DNA of 64,000 nt from positions 100,998,001 to 101,062,000 of the forward strand of contig NC_043004.1 in NCBI RefSeq assembly GCF_006345805.1. Direction: 5' to 3'. This DNA is from Octopus sinensis. Lineage: Eukaryota. Below the pieces are notes generated by a model. It saw only the letters and a list, made by a program, of their open reading frames with translations. It did not search any database and was not told the DNA's origin. A program made the position numbers and the translations under genes. Below, piece after piece: positions 52,910 through 64,000 of the stretch. Numbering within the stretch: the stretch's first letter is position 1; each line of letters begins with the position of its first letter.

Positions 52910-53384
52910 TGTGTGCGTGTGTATATGTGTGTGCATGTGTGCGTGCACATGCACACACATACATCTGCATCTTTGTCTCTATCCCTATGCCTCCACTTAA
53001 CAACCAGTGTTAGTTTGTTTGCATCCCTATAACTTACTTGATTGGCAAAAGAGACCTATAGAATACATATTAGGTTTTTAAAAAAGAAATTCTACAAAGT
53101 ACTAATTAATTTATCCAATTAAAACCCTTCAAGGTGGTGCTCCTGCATGGCCACAGTCCAATGACTGAAACAAGTAAAAGATGATCAAGCAGACCTGTGA
53201 TTAAAGATATTCCAGTCATGACCAACCTATCTGTTATTCAGTCATACAGTAGAACTTCATAATCCGTTTAATGCTTCCATTTTTGAGACACTAGGATATG
53301 TGCAGTATGCTATGCGTTAGTTTCTAATTCCTAATTCCTTCTGTGGATCTTGTTTAATAACAATTTCTCTCTTTGTCTTTCCAG

Positions 53385-53409
53385 CTTGGAGCTGTCATTG
53401 GAATCTCAG
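53385..53409 (+). CDS. candidate 25-nt micro-exon of an unidentified gene
   Basis: Branch-like TTTAAT, polypyrimidine tract TTTCTCTCTTTGTCTTTCCAG, exon CTTGGAGCTGTCATTGGAATCTCAG, donor GTAAAT; unique sequence, open in all frames (LGAVIGIS / LELSLESQ / WSCHWNL). Confidence 0.55.
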
Positions 53410-53486
53410 GTAAATATATGTTACTTATTTTCATTTTTTTTTTTTCTTTTGGTGGGAATCAGTAGAGCAAGGAACAAAATGCTTTA

Positions 53487-54272
53487 CAATATTTAGTCAT
53501 TTCAAAGTGGCGAGCTGGCAGAAACGTTAGCACACCGGACAAAATCCTTAGTGGTATTTTGTCTGTCTTTACATTCTGAGTTCAAATTCCGCCGAGGTCG
53601 ACTTTGCCTTTCATCTTTTCAGGGGGTGATAAATTAAGTACCAGTTGTGTACTCGGATCGATCTAATCAACTGGACCCCTGCCCAAAAAATTTCGGGCCT
53701 TGTGCCTAGAGAAGAAAACAATATTTAGTCATTACTCTTTATCTCCTGAGTTTAAATTCCACCGAGGTCGACTTTGCCTTTCATCTTTTCAGGGGGCGAT
53801 AAATTAAGTACCAGTTGTGTACTGGGATCGATCTAATCAACTGGACCCCTGCCCAAAAATCTCGGGCCTTGTACCTAGAGTAGAAAACAATATTTAGTCA
53901 TTACTCTTTATCTCCTGAGTTCAAATTCCACCGAGGTCGACTTTGCCTTTCATCTTTTCAGGGGGTGATAAATTAAGTACCAGTTGTGTACTGGGATCGA
54001 TCTAATCAACTGGACCCTTCCCCGAAAAATTTCGGGCCTTGTGCCTAGAGAAGAAAACAATATTTAGTCATTACTCTTTATCTCCTGAGTTCAAATTCCA
54101 CCGAGGTCGACTTTGCCTTTCATCTTTTCAGGGGGCGATAAATTAAGTACCAGTTGTGTACTGGGATCGATCTAATCAACTGGACCCTTCCCCGAAAAAT
54201 TTCGGGCCTTGTGCCTAGAGTAGAAAACAATATTTAGTCATTACTCTTTATCTCCTGAGTTCAAATTCCACT
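53487..54272 (+). repeat. SINE D insertion expanded into a ~170-bp tandem array (4 bodies)
   Basis: CAATATTTAGTCATT recurs at ~53488, ~53719, ~53888, ~54058 and ~54228; the units are nearly identical. Confidence 0.93.
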
Positions 54273-54392
54273 GGGTTTGAATGAATTTATTTACACTAGG
54301 GATTTATTTATTCAACTGAAGCCCTCTCATATAATTCCATTGTTTAATAAACTGTAAGAAATTATTATCTCATTATTATTAGTATTCCCTCT

Positions 54393-54850
54393 AAGGCGGC
54401 AATCTGGCAGAATCATTAGCACACTGTACAAAATGCTTAGCCCATCGTTACGTCCTGAGTTCAAATTCCGCCAGGGTCAACTTTGCCTTTCATCCTTTTG
54501 GGGTCAATGGAATAAGTACCAGTGAAATACTGGGGTCGATGTGATTGACTGATTCCCTTCCACAAATTTCAGGCCTTGTGCCTTTAGTAGAAAGGATTAT
54601 TAATATTCCCTCTAAGGTGATGAACTGGCAGAATCATTAGCACACCTGGCGTAATGTTTAGTGACATTTCGTCCATCTTTATGTTCTTGAGTTCACATTC
54701 AGCCAAGGCTGAGTTTCCCTTTCATCATTTCAGGGTCAATAAAATAAGTACCAGTTGAACACTGATGGGGGGGGGGGGGGTCTGGGTCGATGCAACAGAC
54801 TTACCCCCTCCACCAAATTAGCTGGCCTTGTGCCAAAATTTGAAGCCATT
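54393..54850 (+). mobile_element. two head-to-tail SINE D copies
   Basis: ATTATT(AGT/AAT/TGC)ATTCCCT at ~54375, ~54596 and ~54848. Confidence 0.82.
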
Positions 54851-55744
54851 ATTTGCATTCCCTGTGGAATTGATCAAATAGTACTTATAATGTGTCAAGA
54901 AGGATGTCCAGCCATAGAAAATCTGCCTCAATGAATTCTGTCTGACCCATCCAAGCACGGAAAAGTGGATGTTAAAACAACAATATAAATTTGCATGTAA
55001 TGCCCACTCAATCGTCCAGTCCTCTAGTCCCAAACTTTGTGCCAAAATTAGAAACACTCATCATTAATTCATTTATTTACATAGCAGCCAGATGAAAAAA
55101 TTTCATATAATTCACATTTAATTTGGTTTAATTTTCTTTGTCACTCCTGTCATCATCCTTGTTGTAAGTCTTGTCTGTGTATCAACATTATCATCATTAT
55201 CACAATCATCATCATTATAAACATTGCCTATCTCTTGTATGTTTCATGTATTTTGCTACATTCAAATATTATATACACTATTAGGTTTTTTTTATATATG
55301 ATGAAAATACATGATAGTTTTTCTCGTTTTTTTATTTTTCTTTTGCCTTGTTGACACCATTATGATTGATCAGCTGACTACGCCATAAGAGTGGCACACC
55401 CACAGAATGAATAAACATGGCTCTGATAATTACATATTTCTATTTCTCAGATGATTTATTATTAGAATAGTTTTGAGAGCTCCTGACAACAATAATCAGA
55501 CAATTTTTAACATATGAAAAAATTCCCAGCATGAGACAGGAAACGGTTTTAATCAGAAACGGACTCACAGGACGATATGATGAAATTAGTGTCTCAGAAA
55601 TATTAAAACAAAGCTAGGCTTCTAAAAGTGCTATAGTGTGCTCCTGTCTGGCATGTTCCCTCTTTAACCCATTTCGGTAAATATCGATGCCGCTAAAGTG
55701 GTGTTCCACTTGATAGGTCACTTCGTCTGATGATATTGGAGACC

Positions 55745-55944
55745 GGGCGAAATGCTTAGCAGTATTGCGTCTGTCGTTGCGTTCTGAGTTCAAATTCCGC
55801 CGAGGTCGACTTTGCCTTTCATCCTTTCAGGGTCGATAAATTAAGTACCAGTTACGCACTGGGGTCGATGTAATCGACTTAATCCGTTTGTCTGTTCTTG
55901 TTTGTCCCCTCTATGTTTAGCCCCTTGTGGACAATAAAGAAACA
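55745..55944 (+). mobile_element. SINE family D, young, 5'-truncated long-tail variant
   Basis: 13-bp TSD GATATTGGAGACC at 55732-55744 and 55945-55957. Confidence 0.92.
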
Positions 55945-56582
55945 GATATTGGAGACCTATCACTGTTAACCAGGTTCTGAAGGCCCTGCTTCCCATCCTG
56001 TGGAAACCATAGTAGGTGAAATTTGAACTCATTGTAGCTATGTATCACCTCTACTGCGATACATCTGTCCCTATCCCTCCATCAAGCTTTTACCTCCCAA
56101 CACCTGAATTAAGCCACCTCCACACCTGACAACCTCAGTAGTGATACTTGACAACCTGATTAGTCCTGGTGACAAAAAAAAAAGCATCCAGTACATATTG
56201 TAACATGATTGGTATTAGGAAAGGTATCCAGCCATAGAAGTCATGCAAAAACAGATATCGGATGCTTGACACAGTTCTCTGACCTGTCGGATCTTTATGA
56301 AACCATCCAACCCATGCCAGCATGGTGTACAGATGCTAAATGATAATGATGATGATAATGAATGCAAAGAGTTAGAACAGATACCATTAGGCAACCAATC
56401 GTCTGGCATGCTAACTATTCAGCCAACCTACCAACTGATTGCAATCAAAATTTCCTCTTGTGAGTTTTCCAATATTCATTAAAATGAACTACCAAGTTTA
56501 TTGATTTGGTATGTAAGTGGTTGAGTATTCCAGAGACATATGTACCTTGAAATGCAATCCTTGAGCGAATCAGTGTGACACA

Positions 56583-56730
56583 GTATAACGTCTGGTCAAA
56601 AAGCATCAAGACCAGCGCTATAAAAAGTAAGCTCTAAAACATATCAACTCAGCATTTAATCTCCTTCGAAGTGGTCCCCTTTTGAAGCCACACACTTCAT
56701 CCAGCATCATTTTCATGGAAGAAAATATTC
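56583..56730 (-). mobile_element. mariner 3' remnant (third family)
   Basis: Minus strand encodes WMKCVASKGDHFEGD*, the typical mariner C-terminus RWxKCVxxxGxYFE. Confidence 0.7.
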
Positions 56731-56734
56731 CTGG

Positions 56735-57105
56735 ATATGTGCATCTCTAATCATGAGCAAAAGTAGTGGGAGAGCATCATAGCCACGTGTTGCAAGGAAT
56801 TTTTTGGAGTTTGAATAATACACCTCTGGAAACATGGGTGTTTCTTTCAACATCCTTAAACAACTCTTATTCAAGAGTGGGGTAGGCTACTTGACCTGAA
56901 GAAAATTCTAATTGGGCCCCACCTGCAAGGTCATGCACTGTTAGTCTTGATATGAGATCACTATGTCACGCACACATGGTTATGATGTTTGTACCTGGTG
57001 TACCATTCTCAGACAGGTAGTCATGATGGGCATGCTGGGCTTCATATATTTGTACCTCAGTGTCACTTTGAGGGCATGCACTGCTCTCCCATTCAAAAAT
57101 AATAA
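56735..57105 (+). mobile_element. second, CpG-decayed copy of the (AAT)n-tailed retroposon
   Basis: Aligns with the reverse complement of 6205-6590. Confidence 0.78.
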
Positions 57106-57311
57106 TGTGTTTCTAATTTCAATGCAAGTGAAGCAGGTTTTACTGGGGGCGGGGGTATTTGATTAATGCTTTATTTTATTGACTTCATAGAGGATGAAAA
57201 ATAAAATTGACCTCAGCAGAATTTGAACCCTGCATGTAAAGAGCCAAAACAAATGCTGCAAAGCAATTAAAAAAAAAATAATCACTAAACTCTATCAGCT
57301 TGATGTTTTAA

Positions 57312-57531
57312 TCCTTTCGTTACTGTATTTATTTTGTGATTCTCTGTATTTCTTTCAATTACTTTCAATATAAGAAAGAATTTAGTAAAATAACTTAGTC
57401 ATCATTCAGCTAGTGTCAGGAGGATAAATTGTGACTATGGCTTGGTGGAAGATTTTAATTCAAAACTTATGAAAACAAGAAATTTGTACTCAGAGCCAGA
57501 GCTGGTTTCAGCCAGGTTGGTAATGAAAGGG
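57312..57531. mobile_element. piggyBac-like MITE
   Basis: TTAA on both sides (57308-57311, 57532-57535); TIRs (T)CCTTTCGTTAC and GTAATGAAAGGG. Confidence 0.8.
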
Positions 57532-57653
57532 TTAATAATAATAGCCTTTAATATAAAGTCTTATATAAATTCTTTGAGAAGAGAAATGAGAAAAGACAAT
57601 GGCCATATGCCTTTGTGAGTCCATTACTTGTATGTATGTATATGTATATATAC

Positions 57654-57748
<95 letters not shown>

Positions 57749-58768
57749 TACAAATTGAGATAGGGGTTGTAAATGCAACCCTCTATGGGATAACATATAT
57801 CCAATATACTGCTAGTGAAGTACCCAACAAAGTTAATACATAAATGTTAATGATTGCGATGCAATCAATTCATTTACTGTATTATATGGGCAAAGGTAAA
57901 ATGATTTACCACAAATTACTAATACAAGATAAGAAAATGGAGAAATACATCTAAATCAAATATCAATTACTAGATAATACTCAATCACATACTTTATTAA
58001 ACCACCACATAAGAGACTATAGGGTTAAACATAAAAAAGCAGAACAAATCAGTGTACATAAAGGAATGTACATAAAAAAGTGTACATAAAAGAGTAATGT
58101 TGTATAATAAGTAGAATATATATAAAAGAGAATATAAATACAAGTATATATATTATATATGTGTGTGTGTGTATATGTATACATATACATAAAATCGTGG
58201 TGTGTGTGTACTTGTCTTGTGTACTGATACAAGAAGCTGTATATCTAACATATGGTTGGTTTGTGTGCACTTTGTGATTCACTATTCCAAAAAAGGATCA
58301 TTTCACATTCTCTCAAGAGTTTACAAAATTCTTATGATGTCAAACATTTATATGACAAGGGGTTATAATGACTTCTAGATTTCAACCTGCAGCCTACATC
58401 TGACTATCTGACAAAGGACTAGTCAGTTGAATATTTAAGCTACTATCACAACTTCTTGGTAAAGTTTAATAAGCATATGTTCTATAAATAAGGAGCTGAG
58501 CTGTGGGATTGAACCCAAAACCATATGATTGAGAAACAAACTTCTTAACGATGCAACCATCCCTTTACTCATAAGTTTTTACATCAATGTATATATATGA
58601 ATGTATGTATGTATGATATATGTATATGAATATATTTTATTTTTATTTTATGACAATCACTAAACTCAATCAGCTTGATGCCTTAATGTGTGTGTGTGTA
58701 TATGTCTTTATATGTATATATATGTATATATATGTGTGTATATGTCTTTATATGTATATATATATATG

Positions 58769-58802
<34 letters not shown>

Positions 58803-59558
58803 TGTATATGTATATATATATATGTGTGTGTGTGTGTGTAGATATATTATGTAGCAAGAAAGAACTAGTTATGCATATTTGCATCTATGATGTATATGTA
58901 TTGCTGTATATATTTTATATTCTCTGTCTATGTGTATAATATTACCATCTAACATGATACTCAATACAATGATATATATATAACCATATATAATATATCC
59001 ATACATGAACACAACTCCTGCATACACACACACACACACAAACATGTACACACACACACACCATCACAAACATGTACACACACATCACACACACTTGAAC
59101 AGCAGCAATTGGTAACATTTAATAAAAATGTTGTCTATTGTGTCAAGTCGTTCCATGAATTTATTTATTTATGTATGTACATATCTTGTCTGCACCACAC
59201 CCTCATGTATCTGTGTGTGTGTGTGTGTGTGTGGTGTGTGTGCCAGCACCCCGCCCTAAAACAAACTTGTCTTGTCGTTGTTCTTCTGATGTGGCGCCTG
59301 GACATGCTGCGGGATGGTGGAGTTTGGCAAAATGTATAAGGTCATCTCGCCTTTATTCCTTTCAGCTTCCCTGTGTGTTATCTTTTGTTTTGCTTTTGCT
59401 GACTAGATGGATCTCTTTGTTTGATGACTGGTAAAGTTTGGGCGGTGGTGCGGTGATGGCAGCACCGTCAGAGGTAGCAGCAGTGGTGGGGACAGCAGCG
59501 GCAGCAGTGGTGATGGTGGTGGTGTGTAGCAGTGGTAGTTGTGGTTGGTGGTTTCTTA

Positions 59559-59601
<43 letters not shown>

Positions 59602-60111
59602 GCTGCTGCTGCTGCTGCTGTTGTTTAGCCCCAGGTCAATCCTGATCAAGCAAGACCTTTGACGAAGATATTCCAGTCACAGCGATCTTTTTAATGTTAT
59701 GTAAGATCGCATTTTACGTTTCACATTTGCTGAAGTGTATACTGTCTGGGAATTTAGTTGTTATTTCTTGTAGATCAGTCGACCACGTAGGGGCTCTTGG
59801 ATTAGTTGTGACGGTTATGACAATGGTGATGGTGGTGGTGATGATTGGAGAAGTCAGTAGTAAATCAGTAGAGGTTGATACCACTGACTTGACACCATGG
59901 ACAAGGAGGAGGAGAGATTGTGAGTAGTAATTGATAGTAAAATTGGTAATATGTAAGTTACAGAGTAGTCAGGTGTCAGCTGTTCATTACTAGTGAACTG
60001 AGGTGACAACTCTTATTTTTCAAGCACCCTCTATTATTATTATCATTAACAAATTAACAAATTACGTAATTTTACTTATGCAATTTGTCCATAGATCTCA
60101 GTGTGACCTCC

Positions 60112-60148
<37 letters not shown>

Positions 60149-60184
60149 TATATATATATATCTATGAGTGTTTTGTTGTAAGTG

Positions 60185-60397
60185 ATTGTCTCCACCATCA
60201 CTTGACAACCAGTGCTGGTGTGTTTACATCCCTGTAACTCAGCATTTCTGCAAAAGAGACCAATAGAATAAGTACCAGGCTTTTAAAAAATTAAGTAAGT
60301 CCTGGGGTTGATCTGTTCATCTAAAACCCTTCAAGGCAGTGCTCCAGCTTGGCCACAGCTTAATGACTGAAACAAGTGAAAGATAACAGATAAAAGA
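60185..60397 (+). mobile_element. SINE family A 3' half, older variant
   Basis: CTTGACAACCAGTGCTGGTGTGTTTAC..GACTGAAACAAG; a similar piece lies at 52985-53182. Confidence 0.8.
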
Positions 60398-60984
60398 TGT
60401 CTGTGGGTTTATTTACATCTGCCTCTTTGTTATACCAAGGTCATAGCGTTTTAGTGACGTTCCTGTTGGTACTTCTCCTTTCTCTTGTCAATAGATTATC
60501 CATTCACATCATGTCTTCAAAGCCATGTAGTATAAAGGATTCACTACTTACTTAAAAATAAAAAAGTAACGTTTAGTGTCAGGAAGAGCATCTAACTATA
60601 AAACAAATGCCACAATAACATATTTGTCTAACCCATGCCACCATGGAAAAACAGACGTAAAACAAGTGAAAAATTTCTAGCATTTTTACTACACTTTTCC
60701 CAGTAGTGATAATAACCATAATAGATTTTTTTTTCCCTTCTTTTGTAATCAAATTTCTCGTGTGTTTTGGTTTCTTGAATAACTCACATTTTCTACTTGA
60801 TAAATGGTGTATAGTATTTTATTCGGCTATTTATTTATTATTTTAATGGAATTGAGTGAACATATTTCAGAAATTCTTTCTCAGTTCTTGCTGTTTTCAC
60901 CAGTATTTCCTTTGCTTTCATCTTCTTCCTTTGCTTCTCTCCCTGTTTTCCTTCATACTCCATCACCATTTCTTAGAGCCTATT

Positions 60985-61344
60985 TGCACACACACACACA
61001 CATCTGTGTGTGCATGTATATATCTAGCTCTCTACTTCTATCTATATATATAACACACTATATATATATTATATATATATATAATATATATAATGTGTGG
61101 TGTGTGTGTATAGATATAATATATATATACATTACATATGTTGTATGTGTGTATGTGTGATGTGTATATATATATAGCACACACACATACTTATCTATGT
61201 GTGTGTATATATATATATATTATATACACACACACACACATACATGATTATATGCATATACTTGCATACAGTGTGTATTTTTGGTATATATATATATATA
61301 TAAGATTATAAGATACATATATTATATATACACATACATATATT

Positions 61345-61382
<38 letters not shown>

Positions 61383-61391
61383 TACATACAC

Positions 61392-61425
<34 letters not shown>

Positions 61426-61681
61426 TAATATATATGTAGATATTATATATAGATATATACATATATTTATATATACACATACATATATATATATATATAA
61501 TAGGTATATATATATATATATACATACATACATTATATATATATATGTATATATATAATATATATATGTATAATATATAAATATATGTATATATATATAT
61601 ATAAATATATATATTATATATATATATATATATTATATATATATATTATATATATATATATTATATATATATATATTAATA

Positions 61682-61715
<34 letters not shown>

Positions 61716-61810
61716 TGATATATATATATTATATTATATTTATATTCATATATAATATATAATATACTATATAGGTGTATATATATATATATGTGAATAT
61801 GTGTGTGTGT
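60985..61810. repeat. (TA)n-rich microsatellite region
   Basis: Directly visible; similar tracts at 27338-27680, 38251-38580, 44660-45065, 47370-48360, 57630-57750, 58590-58990 and 62590-62930. Confidence 0.95.
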
Positions 61811-62615
61811 TTATTGCATTGCTGCACCCACATTTATTGATTTATTTCCAATCAAAGAGCTAGATTTGTCTGCAGAATGTTACATTACTGATCCAGTTTC
61901 AAGTTAGGGTGTGGAATGTTTGGTGACGGGAAGAAGATGAGTTATGCTTTAATAGCTTGATGGCAGATATAGACAATATCTGAAGTTGTACTTGTTGTTG
62001 TTGTGCTTGTAGTTGCCGATGCTATTATTGCTGCTACTGCTGCTGCTGCTGCTACTGTTGCTGTTGCTGTTATTCACGTTGTTTTTGTGAATAGATTTGT
62101 TCTTGGCTCAGATTTAATTAAAACCAAGGGAAAAGAAAGAATTAAGAACATTAAGAAAATAATGAGAATCAGAGAGAGAGTTGTTGTTGTTGTTGGTGGT
62201 GGTGGTGGTAGTGGTAGGGCTATTTCATTTATTTTCACACACACACACAAGTACACACATACACATATAAGACAACACATAGATGCCTCCATTCATGTAA
62301 GCATACATTCATTGACAGATTATAAAAGCAAACAGCTTTCCTCTATATAGAACACCTCCAGAACAAAAGGAGAACAATTTCTTCCCATCCATAAAACATA
62401 ATAACAAATAACTCCTCCCTGTAATAGCAGAATAATCCCACCTTCACCTCCTTCCCATGCGAAGGAGGCAAAGCACAGCTCCTGATAAACACCACATTAC
62501 TACCAACAAGAAAAATGTAAGAACGAACCACTACTGAGGAGGAAGAATAAATACAAGCCTATTGTCATATACACACAAACTTAGATGCATATACATATAT
62601 ATATGTATATATATA

Positions 62616-62653
<38 letters not shown>

Positions 62654-62741
62654 TATATATGTATATATATATGTATTTATATACATATATAGATATATAT
62701 ATCTTATATATATATATAATACAACTTATATATAAAGAATA

Positions 62742-62812
<71 letters not shown>

Positions 62813-64000
62813 ACATATATATATATATATACACATACATAATATATATATATATATGTATGTATGTAGTATATCTATATATGTATATATATGTGTATAC
62901 GTATATATATATATATGTATATATAAATATACACCACACACATACACCCTAGAATATATGGATTAATGCATATGACACAAAGCAAATTCTTCTGTAACCT
63001 TAAAAACTGCGTTCGTTCCTCCTCTTCCATTATTATAAACAACATTTAAAAAGCAGAATCTCATTAAAAAAGATAGAAAAGCCTGCGACAGCAAAATGTT
63101 TCTCTTCAGCTTTTACTGTATACAATAAACCTACCTTTCACACTAGAGTTCTTTTGTTAAAGAGAAAGATACCATAATCAAGTCGGATCAGCAGAATCTG
63201 TAAGCTTCCTATTCAACAGTATTTAACTGCTCTGATAATGAGCAGCCTCTCAATTACCAAGCCTACCATTTCAAGTATTGTCTATGGACCTGCCTTCTCC
63301 TCTTCTTCAAGTCTTGTAGATTCTTATGCATATAACATATCATTCTATTCAGTTTGCATTTCTTTTTTTCTTTAAATCTAGAATGCAATCCATTGTCTTC
63401 TTCAAAGAGAATCTCACAATCTCTTGTAGCGTTTAACAACACCAAAACATAAACATTACTTAATTCATTGAAAAGGGACGTGCCACACATAAATAGCTCT
63501 TGACTGTAGAACCTCTTTCATCTTAAGATTCAATACGCATTTGGTTAAACATTAGATCTCGAGGAAACTAGTGATGGTTTGTACTGGCAGAAGGGTAATG
63601 AATTTCATCATCATCATCATCATCATTGTTATCATTGTATGTAATGTCCATGTTCCATGCTGGTATGGGTTGGAAAATTTTAGTGGATCCAATTGATGCA
63701 AGGACTGCAATGTGCTCCAGTGTCTCCTTTGGTTTTTAAGGCTGGATATGGTCTTTATGGTTTCTATGGCTTGATGTCCTTCCTAATACCAACTATTTTA
63801 CAGCAAGTATTGCGTGTTCTTTTCATCCCACTGGAATGAGTGAGACCACAAGACTACGAAACCCTAGGGGAGTATTGATTTTACACTCGAAGATGAGAGA
63901 TTCACAAATGAGAGAAGGGGTTGCAACAGAGCAGGTTCGTGTTACAGGGGAGCTATGTTGCTACTCACACTTACAAGAGAGCATGAGAATGATCAGTAGG

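Noticed and set aside
53487-54272. CRISPR-like regularly spaced repeats
   Set aside because: The intervening sequence is near-identical rather than unique spacers; it is SINE-derived, eukaryotic, and there are no cas genes.
59404-59430. Stop-codon recoding (UAG to UIG by A-to-I editing) extending the small ORF
   Set aside because: Two further in-frame TGA stops follow within seven codons, and I see no duplex partner.
63000-63600. Minus-strand 75-aa ORF and surrounding unique sequence
   Set aside because: No identifiable motif; possibly a transposase remnant, but unsupported.

Overview
This is AT-rich eukaryotic animal DNA that is almost entirely repeat-derived, with one 100-N assembly gap at 31546-31645. 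The microsatellite density and SINE repertoire are typical of an octopus (coleoid cephalopod) genome; this is an inference, not a database result. I see no intact protein-coding gene, rRNA, true tRNA or CRISPR array, and nearly all long ORFs in the track are microsatellite or SINE artefacts. Contents: (1) at least five SINE families, here called A-E, in about 50 copies; (2) a decayed Helitron RepHel gene (about 7.6-10.6 kb, minus strand); (3) fragments of CR1, R4/Dong, Tx1/L1, Hero and RTE LINEs; (4) mariner, Tigger-like and piggyBac-like non-autonomous elements; (5) one good 25-nt micro-exon candidate (53385-53409), inside a CpG-depleted right half that looks like a methylated gene body. The most unusual observations are a concentric fold-back structure built around a rearranged CR1 LINE (26.9-31.3 kb), repeated head-to-tail re-insertion of one SINE family into its own target-site duplication, a SINE-derived ~170-bp tandem array next to the micro-exon, and a ~285-bp near-perfect hairpin. 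None of these is evidence of a new protein-based system. All alignments were done by eye, so boundaries are approximate unless TSD or TIR coordinates are given.
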